Part shown: piece after piece, positions 10,476 through 18,308 of the stretch | Position numbering within the stretch: position 1 is the first letter of the stretch | How the letters are laid out: each line of letters begins with the position of its first letter | Assembly (NCBI GenBank): GCA_042217695.1 | Contig: JBDGSE010000014.1 | Span: 1-49,296, forward strand | Direction: 5' to 3' | Source: Candidatus Nanohaloarchaea archaeon | Lineage (GTDB): Archaea; Nanohalarchaeota; Nanosalinia; Nanosalinales; Nanosalinaceae | Length of the DNA: 49,296 nucleotides | The notes under the pieces: model-generated | Databases searched by the model: none | What the model saw: only the letters and a program-made list of their open reading frames with translations | What the model was told of the DNA's origin: nothing | Made by a program: the position numbers and the translations under genes

Positions 10476-11085
10476 GTTCGAGACAGACCCGTTCAACAAG
10501 GAGGACCACTTTTTCGTGGATGAGGACCCCGCGAGAATATACCGCGGGTTGAAGGACCTGCTTGTGGAGGAGTTCGACATGGACCGCATCGAGGAGGGTC
10601 ACAACGAGTTCTCCGTGCGTTCGCCCAAGGACAGGATAAGGATGCACGCCTTCAAGGAGAAAAGCCCCAACACCGTTCTCTACTTCAACCTCTCCTGGAA
10701 GGCGAAAGATCCCAAGGACATATTCAAGCAGGACCGCGGCGACGTCCTGAAGTCAGCGGTCAACACCACAGGAAAGGTAGTAACGGTCTATCCCGGTAAC
10801 AACCCTCTGGTGTTCGAGCCGACACCCATCTCCAAGTACCCGCAGGAGAGAGCAGACCACACCCATCTCCAGTCACCGGAGCCCTCTGCCTTCCAGCGCT
10901 CGAAACTCTACGAGATACTCGTCGGGATATGGTACAACAAGTTCTACAGCAAGGAGATCGAACGGTACGAGGAAGAGGTCCAGGAGACGGTCACGCGTAT
11001 AAACAACCTGATGCGGGAGAAGTTCGGAGTCGAAAAATCCATAGAGAGAACAGGGGCGTCCCACTACACCCCGCCGTGGCAGTGA
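10468..11085 (+). CDS. Hypothetical protein, second of the trio
   Basis: GTG start overlapping the upstream gene; shares the Y..L..LL.E and KF...E...Y...V.E patterns. Confidence 0.85.
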   Translation: MVKFETDPFNKEDHFFVDEDPARIYRGLKDLLVEEFDMDRIEEGHNEFSVRSPKDRIRMHAFKEKSPNTVLYFNLSWKAKDPKDIFKQDRGDVLKSAVNTTGKVVTVYPGNNPLVFEPTPISKYPQERADHTHLQSPEPSAFQRSKLYEILVGIWYNKFYSKEIERYEEEVQETVTRINNLMREKFGVEKSIERTGASHYTPPWQ

Positions 11086-11091
11086 TGCAGG

Positions 11092-11766
11092 ATGTCTGAC
11101 GTAAATTTCGTTGACAGGATAATGGCCTGGCTCCACACACCAGGAACATCGGAGCCGGAAGGACTCGACGACTACTTCTCGAAGAAGGACGACATCTGGC
11201 ATCACCACGAACTTTTCCAGGGAGAGACCGAGATAATGAACAAGGCGGAGTGGTACGACAGTCCGAACGTCATAGGGATATACAAGGACCACAAGTACGT
11301 CTTCAAGCAGAACATGGGGATCGGAGGGCCCGACGAGACCTTCTACTTCCAGAACGTGGACTCCCGCGAATTCGAGTCCGTGATGGAGGTCTCGGAGAGC
11401 CTGCCCAGCGGCCACGGCAGCCTGAGGCTTGAAACAGATATAAGCACGAAGAACCCGCCTGACCCGGACAACAACGACTTCGCGCTGATAGAGTACTGGG
11501 TCTCGGTCTACGTGGACTACAGTCTTCCCGGCGGCATAGATTTCCTGCCCAGGATCCTTGCATACCCGCTGAACCGGTTTTTCCGCGGCGCGTTCGAACG
11601 CTTCATACTGGAGGAGATAGTGCTGCGCGACACGGAGTACGCACGGGAACGGCTCTCGGAGTACTTCGATATCATCCGGAAACACCACGGAGAGGAGCCG
11701 ATCCAGACCAAGACCCGTCAGGAGGCATACACCCCTGGCCCCGAGGAACGCAGGTTCTTCCAGTAG
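11092..11766 (+). CDS. Hypothetical protein, third of the trio
   Basis: Acidic ORF; C-terminal FERFILEE...EY..E.L..Y resembles its neighbours. Confidence 0.85.
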   Translation: MSDVNFVDRIMAWLHTPGTSEPEGLDDYFSKKDDIWHHHELFQGETEIMNKAEWYDSPNVIGIYKDHKYVFKQNMGIGGPDETFYFQNVDSREFESVMEVSESLPSGHGSLRLETDISTKNPPDPDNNDFALIEYWVSVYVDYSLPGGIDFLPRILAYPLNRFFRGAFERFILEEIVLRDTEYARERLSEYFDIIRKHHGEEPIQTKTRQEAYTPGPEERRFFQ

Positions 11767-11817
11767 GATAGACAGAAAAAGTTTTCTGATTAAAGTGTAT
11801 CCAGGGATTGCATTTTT

Positions 11818-11888
11818 GGCTGTCCTCGGTCAGCAGGTACGACCTTCGAGGGACAGGAGATGACTGCCTGTGTTACAGGACAGCCAAA
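11818..11888 (+). ncRNA. Probable single-hairpin H/ACA pseudouridylation guide RNA (predicted target 23S rRNA helix 69, U1915 in E. coli numbering)
   Basis: P1 GGCTGTCCT/AGGACAGCC; pocket CGGTCA/GTTAC; P2 GCAGGTA/TGCCTGT; GA...ATGA motifs above P2; ANA box (AAA) 14 nt from the pocket apex; upstream TTAAA. Confidence 0.72.
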
Positions 11889-11904
11889 TCCTTGTTTTTC
11901 CGTG

Positions 11905-12162
11905 ATGCCAATGGGGAGTATATACGTCAAGGTGCGGCCGGGCTCGGAAGAGTTCAGGATAGAGGAGAACGATTTCCTGACCGTCTACCTCGAGGAAGAT
12001 GCAGAAAAAGGCCGGGCCAACTCGGAACTTGTTTCAAGGCTTGAAGACGTCCTGGGCGTCAAACCAGGTATAATCTCCGGCCACAGCTCCCGGAGGAAAA
12101 AACTCAGGGCAGACATGCCCGCAGACGAGATGAAGGAGAAGATGGTGAACCACGATGGCTAA
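11905..12162 (+). CDS. DUF167/UPF0235 (YggU-like) protein
   Basis: VKVRPGS, GRANSELV and IISGHSSRRK motifs; start is 11905 or 11911. Confidence 0.88.
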   Translation: MPMGSIYVKVRPGSEEFRIEENDFLTVYLEEDAEKGRANSELVSRLEDVLGVKPGIISGHSSRRKKLRADMPADEMKEKMVNHDG

Positions 12163-13288
12163 GACCGCACCCGACTCGGCAAAATACGTGATAAAGGCAG
12201 AGGCCGAGGTATCCGGCATGGTGGAGAGATCCGACGTTGTCGGAGCCGTGTTCGGTCAGACAGAAGGCCTCCTGGGAGAGGAGCTTGACCTCCGGGAACT
12301 GAGGGAGACAGGCAAGGTCGGCCGCATGGAGGTCGATATCGAACGGCAGGACGGCAAGTCCATCGCAGTACTGAAGATACCCAGCTCGATGAACGCGACG
12401 GACACGGCACTGCTCGCCGCATCCCTTGAAACCATAGAGAAGATAGGGCCTGCTCTCGCGGACGTAACGATAGACGAGATACAGGACGTTCGCAGGAGCA
12501 AGCGCGACTACATAGTGAAACGTGCAAAGCAACTTCTCGGCGAGATACAGCGGGACTCGCCATCCCGTCAACAGCTCAGCGAGGAGATAAAGCAGGAGAT
12601 CAGGAAGGAGGAAGTAGTGGAATATCGGGGATTTGATGCCGGCCCGGACCTGGAATGGTCCGACGAGGTCATCCTGGTGGAGGGAAAGGCCGACGTGCTG
12701 AACCTGCTGAAGCACGGCGTCAAGAACTCGCTGGCGATAGGCGGCACCTCTGTCCCGGACCGTATAGACGAGATTGCCGAGGACAGAGAGGTAACGGCGT
12801 TCCTGGACGGCGACCGCGGAGGAGACCTGATACTGCAGGAGCTGAAGCAGCGAGACCTGGTCGACAGAGTGGCCAGGGCACCGGACGACAGGGAAGTTGA
12901 GGAGCTATCGAAGAAGCAGGTGCACACCGCCCTCAGGGACAGCTCCCCGGTGAAATACACCGAAGACACCGAGGTAGAGGAGGACACCCCTGAAGAGGTT
13001 ATCTCCGTGGTGGAGCAGAGACTGGAAGAACTTGTGGGTACGCGCGCGGTAAATGCCCTGGACGAGGAACTTGAAATCGTGGAGAAGACGCCGCTCTCCA
13101 GCCTCGAGGAAGCACTCGCGAAAGAGCCCTACGCAGTGGTGCTGGACGGCGAGATCACTCCGGAGAGGGTGGAAAAAGCCGAGGAGGCAGGTGTCAAGTA
13201 CCTGGCAGGCAGCAAACTGGGCGAGACAGCCTCCTCATCGGAAATCCAGCTTTTCACCCGTGACAGTCTGGCGGAATCGAAAGCTTGA
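12155..13288 (+). CDS. dnaG: Archaeal DnaG (TOPRIM; exosome-associated primase homologue)
   Basis: DVVGAVFGQTEGLLG, VEGKADV and FLDGDRGG. Confidence 0.96.
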   Translation: MAKTAPDSAKYVIKAEAEVSGMVERSDVVGAVFGQTEGLLGEELDLRELRETGKVGRMEVDIERQDGKSIAVLKIPSSMNATDTALLAASLETIEKIGPALADVTIDEIQDVRRSKRDYIVKRAKQLLGEIQRDSPSRQQLSEEIKQEIRKEEVVEYRGFDAGPDLEWSDEVILVEGKADVLNLLKHGVKNSLAIGGTSVPDRIDEIAEDREVTAFLDGDRGGDLILQELKQRDLVDRVARAPDDREVEELSKKQVHTALRDSSPVKYTEDTEVEEDTPEEVISVVEQRLEELVGTRAVNALDEELEIVEKTPLSSLEEALAKEPYAVVLDGEITPERVEKAEEAGVKYLAGSKLGETASSSEIQLFTRDSLAESKA

Positions 13289-13313
13289 TGTACCTAGAGA
13301 CTGAAAGGTAACT

Positions 13314-14099
13314 ATGCTGCCTGGCCTTGAAACCTTTCTGACGTCAGAGGCTCTCTACATCAGACTCATCCGGTTCCTTTCGGCCCTGATATCCGGGATA
13401 GTGTTCACACGTCTCCTCCTGCGGCCTTTAACCCGTTTGATAATGGAGAGACGCTACACGGACAAGAAAACAGTTCATTCTGCTCTTAACCTTGTGGAGA
13501 TAGTTGCGCTCTTCGTCGTCCTCATCCTTTCCCTCCAGACAGGTTCGTTTGGTAATCTTACAACCGTTCTCGGAACTATAGCGGCTGCACTGACAGTGGC
13601 TGTAGGTTTCGGGATGAGAGACCAGGTGGCAAGTGTGGTGGCAGGCCTGTTCATCCAGATGTCCAGCCCTTTCGTCAGAGGAGACTACATCAAGGTGCAG
13701 GACTACGAGGGGGTCGTTAAGGATATAGAGCTCCACGCAACTACGCTGGACGGAGGGTCCGCGGAAAAGATGGTTGTCCCAAACAGTATAGTGGTCGGCA
13801 ACGTACTGAAAAACTTTACCAGAGGCAGAAAAACGAAGACAAGTATAGAAATTGAGGTCGCGGCAGACAGGCTTGATGAACACCGTGAGGCATTGATTGA
13901 AGCCGCCAGCGAGGAAGAAGAGGTGCTGGAATCTGGTAAAGAAGTCATTTACCTGGGTCTCAGGGAGGGCAAGATGATGGCCGAGCTACGCTACTGGATA
14001 AGAGACTCCTCCGACATAAAGAAGGTGCGCAGCAACGTGCTGCAGAACTACAGTTCAAAGGCGGAGGAAAGAGGGCTGCTAGTCGAGCCCTCAGGGTAA
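13314..14099 (+). CDS. mscS: Small-conductance mechanosensitive channel
   Basis: Three TM helices, AVGFGMRD..ASVVAG, PF..GDYI, VPNS. Confidence 0.92.
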   Translation: MLPGLETFLTSEALYIRLIRFLSALISGIVFTRLLLRPLTRLIMERRYTDKKTVHSALNLVEIVALFVVLILSLQTGSFGNLTTVLGTIAAALTVAVGFGMRDQVASVVAGLFIQMSSPFVRGDYIKVQDYEGVVKDIELHATTLDGGSAEKMVVPNSIVVGNVLKNFTRGRKTKTSIEIEVAADRLDEHREALIEAASEEEEVLESGKEVIYLGLREGKMMAELRYWIRDSSDIKKVRSNVLQNYSSKAEERGLLVEPSG

Positions 14100-14564
14100 A
14101 TTTTCTGCCTCAAGAGGCTCCAGGCTTACAGGCCGGTTCTCCGTCTCGGATTCAAGGACCACGTTCGTGTTTGTGTTCTTGACGCCGTCCATCTTGTTCA
14201 GGTCCTGGACCAGGTTCTCCTTGAGTTCTCTACGACCACGGAACCGCGCGATAACTATTATGTCCTTGTCTCCAGTCACCTGGTAGAGCGAGGTGACAAA
14301 ACCTCTCTCCGCGAGGTCTTCTGCCACGGCGTCCTGCATGCCGGCCTCGGTCCGTATCTGGGTTATGCTGGTCAGGTTGTAGCCCAGCCGGTCGTAGTCG
14401 ATCACCGGTCTGAATCCGGCGATCACTCCAGAGTTCCTGAGCTCTTTGACCCTGTTGCTGACCGTTGAGGGAGAGGCGTCTACCTCGGAGGCCACCTGGC
14501 GCATGGAGGCACGGCCGTCCTCGTTCAGTCTCTCCAGGATATCCAGGTCAAGTTGGTCAACCAT
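14091..14564 (-). CDS. Lrp/AsnC family transcriptional regulator
   Basis: LDLDILERLNEDGRAS HTH; YQVTGDKD RAM domain; ATG at 14564. Confidence 0.93.
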   Translation of the reverse strand: MVDQLDLDILERLNEDGRASMRQVASEVDASPSTVSNRVKELRNSGVIAGFRPVIDYDRLGYNLTSITQIRTEAGMQDAVAEDLAERGFVTSLYQVTGDKDIIVIARFRGRRELKENLVQDLNKMDGVKNTNTNVVLESETENRPVSLEPLEAENLP

Positions 14565-14649
14565 ACTTGACAAATGTGCGGGAATTTTTAAATAACTGGC
14601 TGTGTGTCTGGCAAAATCTATAAATATCTTGCAAACGTATAACTACCTC

Positions 14650-14775
14650 ATGGAAACAATGGAGAAAGCCGGAAGTTCCTGCGCGGTCTGCGGGGCCGAG
14701 ATCTCCGCGGACCAGGAAGCGGTCGAATCCGTGGAGGGACCGGTTCACTCGGTCTGCATGGGGAAGCTCTTCTAG
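14650..14775 (+). CDS. 41-aa zinc-finger micro-protein (CxxC...HxxC), not in the ORF track
   Basis: METMEKAGSSCAVCGAEISADQEAVESVEGPVHSVCMGKLF; TATAAATA ~30 nt upstream; divergent from lrp. Confidence 0.7.
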   Translation: METMEKAGSSCAVCGAEISADQEAVESVEGPVHSVCMGKLF

Positions 14776-15588
14776 CTACAGCCCTATCTTTGATTTGAGG
14801 CGGTCGAGCAGACCTCCCTGCAGCTCGAAAATCCGCTCCATGTCCTCCTCGTCCAGTTCAAAGTCGAATATCTCTATGTTCTCCTCTGCGTGTTTCTCCG
14901 TGGAGGCCTTCGGTATCGCTGCAACGTTCCTCTGCTGTGTGAGCCAGCGCAGCGCCACCTGGGCCGGGGTCTTGCCGTACTTCTTACCGATATCTTTTAA
15001 CGTGTCGTTGGACACTGCTTTCCCGACCGCGAGAGGGCTGTAGGCCGTTAACATAACACCGTTATCCGCACAGTACTCCAGCATATCCTCCTGGCTGTTG
15101 AACGGGTTGTACTTCACCTGGTTCGTAACTATGGGAGAATCCGAGAGCTCTCTCGCCCGTTCCAGCTGTTCGATCGAGAAATTGCTCACACCGATGTGGT
15201 TGACCTTTCCCGATTCCTGCAGCCGGTTCATCGCGTTCACGGTCTCCTCCAGCGGTACAGCGTCGGAGGGCGCATGGATAAGCAGGAGATCTATGTAATC
15301 TGTCTTCAGGCGGTCAAGACTGTCATCTACCGACTCCAGGACACGTTCCCAGGTCATGTTGGGTCTGTCAAGTTTTGTAACCAGGAAAACCTCGTCCCGG
15401 TCCACCTCCGACTCCTCTATCGCAGAGCCTACCGCGGCCTCGTTGCCGTACATCTGTGCTGTGTCAACGTGTCGGTAACCTGCTTCGAGACCCTCGATAA
15501 CAGCTTTTTTGCATTCCTCCCCCTCCATCCGGGCTGTTCCCAGTCCCAGCGAAGGTATATTTACGCCGTCCACCTCCACATACTCCAT
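14776..15588 (-). CDS. Aldo/keto reductase
   Basis: GYRHVDTAQMYGNE, DYIDLLLIH, IGVSNF, AYSPL, IPKAS. Confidence 0.96.
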   Translation of the reverse strand: MEYVEVDGVNIPSLGLGTARMEGEECKKAVIEGLEAGYRHVDTAQMYGNEAAVGSAIEESEVDRDEVFLVTKLDRPNMTWERVLESVDDSLDRLKTDYIDLLLIHAPSDAVPLEETVNAMNRLQESGKVNHIGVSNFSIEQLERARELSDSPIVTNQVKYNPFNSQEDMLEYCADNGVMLTAYSPLAVGKAVSNDTLKDIGKKYGKTPAQVALRWLTQQRNVAAIPKASTEKHAEENIEIFDFELDEEDMERIFELQGGLLDRLKSKIGL

Positions 15589-15612
15589 AGTAAAAAATTC
15601 CTCTCGATACTC

Positions 15613-15655
15613 AAGAATCTACCGGTCCTGCAAGGATTAAAGAATCTAACCGGTC
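15613..15655 (+). repeat. Short direct repeat spanning the probable tRNA promoter
   Basis: AAGAATCTACCGGTC at 15613-15627 and AAGAATCTAACCGGTC at 15640-15655, with ATTAAA between. Confidence 0.6.
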
Positions 15656-15664
15656 AAAACACTC

Positions 15665-15733
15665 ACAGGCCTCGGTGGCTCAGCCGACTGGTTACGCTCA
15701 GTCGACACGCAATACAAGCTACTGTTTGCCTGT
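15665..15733 (+). ncRNA. Structured 5' leader duplicating tRNA nt 1-17 and the first 16 nt of the intron
   Basis: GCCTCGGTGGCTCAGCC at 15669 equals 15736; ACTGGTTACGCTCAGT at 15687 equals 15775; three nested stems. Confidence 0.65.
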
Positions 15734-15735
15734 AA

Positions 15736-15935
15736 GCCTCGGTGGCTCAGCCTGGCTAGAGCGGTCCCCTCGTAACTGGTTACGCTCAGTTCCTACGAAA
15801 ACCGGAAAACGGTTTTCTAGGGCAGAAGACCTCTATGAGGTCTTCAAGACACCATGCGAACAGCATGGCCTTCAGTTAAAGATCAGGGCTTTGCGAGACA
15901 GGGACAGGTCGCGGGTTCAAATCCCGCCCGGGGCT
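15736..15935 (+). tRNA. tRNA-Thr(CGU) with a 125-nt intron at canonical position 37/38 (intron 15775-15899)
   Basis: Acceptor GCCTCGG/CCGGGGC plus U73; D arm GCTC/GAGC; anticodon stem GTCCC/GGGAC with loop CT-CGT-AA; T arm GCGGG-TTCAAAT-CCCGC; BHB central helix CTCG/CGAG with TAA and ACA bulges; followed by T6. Confidence 0.93.
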
Positions 15936-16031
15936 TTTTTGGCGCGGGATTTGAGGGGTTCGAATCTGAAGTTCTGACAGAGAATTTCTGCCCCAGAAAA
16001 TCCTGAGGATTTTCGTAACCGTCCGGGCATA

Positions 16032-16568
16032 CTATCTGGATTCTGCGACCAGTTTGAATGTTTCCTCCCTTTCCACAGCTTCCTCCACTTCAAGGTGTTC
16101 AGAGACTTTTTCCGCCGCTGTTTCCGCGTCAAAGCGTCCTTCCAGTGGAGGGCCGCGTTCCCCGCTTCCGGACCGGCTCCAGTCGAACACCACGAGTTTT
16201 CCGCCATCAAGTATCTCCGCAAAGTTCTCTAGCGCGGCGTCCACATCCAGCTCGTGGAAGGAGAATACAGAGAAGATTGCGTCCACGCGACCGGTATCCA
16301 GGTCCGAGGCTCTTGACCGGACGAGTTCGACGTTTCCCGGGAGCCCTTTCTCCCGGTAGTGGTGGTGCATCTCTTCCTGGAAATCGACGGCGTAAACCTT
16401 TTTCGCTTTCGAGGCCAGGTCATCGGTGAAGAAGCCTGTGCCGCTGCCTATCTCTGCCACGATGTCTCCGTCCACGTGCTCCAGAAGTTCCTCTCTTGAG
16501 ACGTACCGGTAGCGGGCATCATCCTCCAGTTTCTCCGCTGACGCGGCATCCATCACGTGGTCGTCCAT
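16032..16568 (-). CDS. Class I SAM-dependent methyltransferase
   Basis: VAEIGSGTGFF, VYAVD, FSFHEL, GPPLEGR. Confidence 0.92.
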   Translation of the reverse strand: MDDHVMDAASAEKLEDDARYRYVSREELLEHVDGDIVAEIGSGTGFFTDDLASKAKKVYAVDFQEEMHHHYREKGLPGNVELVRSRASDLDTGRVDAIFSVFSFHELDVDAALENFAEILDGGKLVVFDWSRSGSGERGPPLEGRFDAETAAEKVSEHLEVEEAVEREETFKLVAESR

Positions 16569-16618
16569 ACATCTTCTTGAGGCCTCACGGTTTTATTTCT
16601 CTGAGTGAAAAGCTTTCC

Positions 16619-17035
16619 GTGAGGAAGAGCTACCTGGTCCCCGGCCTGTTAATGGCTCTGAAACCCGCGACAGCGCAGTCGCTGAACTCTTCGCAGCTGC
16701 AGCAGTTCTCCCAGGTACCGGAGTTCTCGGTCTGGATGATATTCGGTGCTCTACTGTTGCAGTTCGCGCTGGAGTCCGCGCTCATCTACCTCTCGGCACG
16801 TTTCTTCCTGGGCGAGTCGAAGCCCTGGAAGGCGGCCAGCATCGCAGGAATCGGCATTCCTTTCCGCATGCTGACAGGGATGATGCCTTTCATCGGTATC
16901 TTGGTCGGGCTGTGGGGTTACTGGTATCTGGCCCGTATAGGGTTCGATGCCAGCTATTTCAACGCTTTCCTGGTCGTCGCACCGGTATACGCGTTTGAGA
17001 TAGGTCTCCGAGTTTTTATAGCGGGATTGGCCTGA
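16619..17035 (+). CDS. Membrane protein with signal peptide
   Basis: GTG start at 16619; signal-like N-terminus (ATA|QS) and about four hydrophobic segments. Confidence 0.7.
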   Translation: MRKSYLVPGLLMALKPATAQSLNSSQLQQFSQVPEFSVWMIFGALLLQFALESALIYLSARFFLGESKPWKAASIAGIGIPFRMLTGMMPFIGILVGLWGYWYLARIGFDASYFNAFLVVAPVYAFEIGLRVFIAGLA

Positions 17036-17086
17036 CGGAAAGAAGATTTAAACCAGCTTCACAATTTTTCTATAGGGTGAACTGAA

Positions 17087-17284
17087 CTGGAAGAAAGAAT
17101 CGGAGATCTGGCCGGCGAAGTATGGGACTACCTCCAGGAGGAGGATGAGAGTTCCCTGAGCGGGGTTTCACGGGCTATCGATGCACCGCAGTCGAAGGTA
17201 AACATGGCGCTGGGTTGGCTGGCCCGCGAGGGAAAACTGGATTTCGTGGACAACGGCCGCGGCACAAGCGTACGCCTGCGGTAG
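17087..17284 (+). CDS. Small winged-helix protein (DUF2582-like) with probable CTG start; not in the ORF track
   Basis: (M)EERIGDLAGEVWDYL...NMALGWLAREGKL; GGGTGA SD-like sequence 6 nt before CTG; in-frame TGA just upstream. Confidence 0.82.
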   Translation: MEERIGDLAGEVWDYLQEEDESSLSGVSRAIDAPQSKVNMALGWLAREGKLDFVDNGRGTSVRLR

Positions 17285-17320
17285 GAAAAAGTTTAATTCT
17301 CCGACCACTAATTCTGGTCC

Positions 17321-18265
17321 ATGTCTCTCAGAGCAGGAGCAGAAACTATAGTTGAACAGTGTCTCGATGTCAAACCCGGGGAAAAAGTGGTCGTGGTCAA
17401 CGACGGCAACGACCCCGAATTGATCGACGCAGTTCTTGAAGTGCTGGACGAGACCGGCTGCAAGCACGAGCTGATGGAGTACCCGGAGCCGGAGAACCAC
17501 GGCACCGAACCCCCAGAGGACGTTGCGGAAGCCATGAGAGACGCCGACGTTTTTATCGCCCCGACAAAGAAGTCGCTCAGTCACACCCAGGCGAGGGAAG
17601 AAGCCTGCGAGGCAGCTACAAGAGGGGCGACCCTTCCGGGCATCAACAGAGAGATCTGGAACTCCAGTTTGCAGGCGGACTACTCCCGGGTGGAGGAGAT
17701 AACCGAGAAGGTGTACTCGATGCTGGAGGAAACCTCTGAGGTCCGGGTGAAGACGCCCTCCGGCACGGACTTCACCTTTGAGGTGGACTTTGACTCTTTC
17801 TTCACCGACACAGGCATGATAGAGGACCCCGGAGAGTTCGGGAACCTGCCGGCGGGAGAGGCCCATGGAGGCGTCCGTAACGGTTCAGGCACCATAGTTA
17901 TCGACCATTTCCCGTTCGCACCTTCCGGCACGGAGGTGAGGGTCGAGGATTCCCGGGTCGTGGACATCGAAGAGGCCGGTTCCTCGGAACTGGGACGGAA
18001 GATAGCCGACAGCGAGTGTGTACGGAACATCGCGGAGTTCGGCTTCGGCACGAACCCGGAGGCCAAGCTCATCGGTAACACGCTGCAGGACGAGAAGGTG
18101 TTCGGAACGGTGCACATAGCATTCGGTGACAACACCCACTACTTCTCCTCCGGGGAGAGGCGGACTGAATGCGATATACACTGGGACACCGTCTGCGAGG
18201 ACCCGACGGTCTGGTTTGACGACCAGAAAGTACTTGACGAGGGCAAACCCGTTTTCATGGACTAG
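17321..18265 (+). CDS. Aminopeptidase (M29/thermophilic metalloprotease-like)
   Basis: GNLPAGE, IAEFGFGTN, DEKVFGTVHIAFG, IHWD. Confidence 0.92.
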   Translation: MSLRAGAETIVEQCLDVKPGEKVVVVNDGNDPELIDAVLEVLDETGCKHELMEYPEPENHGTEPPEDVAEAMRDADVFIAPTKKSLSHTQAREEACEAATRGATLPGINREIWNSSLQADYSRVEEITEKVYSMLEETSEVRVKTPSGTDFTFEVDFDSFFTDTGMIEDPGEFGNLPAGEAHGGVRNGSGTIVIDHFPFAPSGTEVRVEDSRVVDIEEAGSSELGRKIADSECVRNIAEFGFGTNPEAKLIGNTLQDEKVFGTVHIAFGDNTHYFSSGERRTECDIHWDTVCEDPTVWFDDQKVLDEGKPVFMD

Positions 18266-18308
18266 GGCGATTTATTTTAAGCGGGGGATTCCAATCTATG
18301 TGTAGACG

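Noticed and set aside
15669..15752. Second (D-loop) intron, split-tRNA half or prophage att site explaining the 17-nt duplication
   Set aside because: No BHB could be built at the junctions, there is no integrase, and only 50 nt separate the copies.
15775..15899. Group I intron or C/D box guide intron
   Set aside because: No P/Q/R/S core and no RUGAUGA/CUGA boxes; the BHB geometry fits an EndA-type intron.
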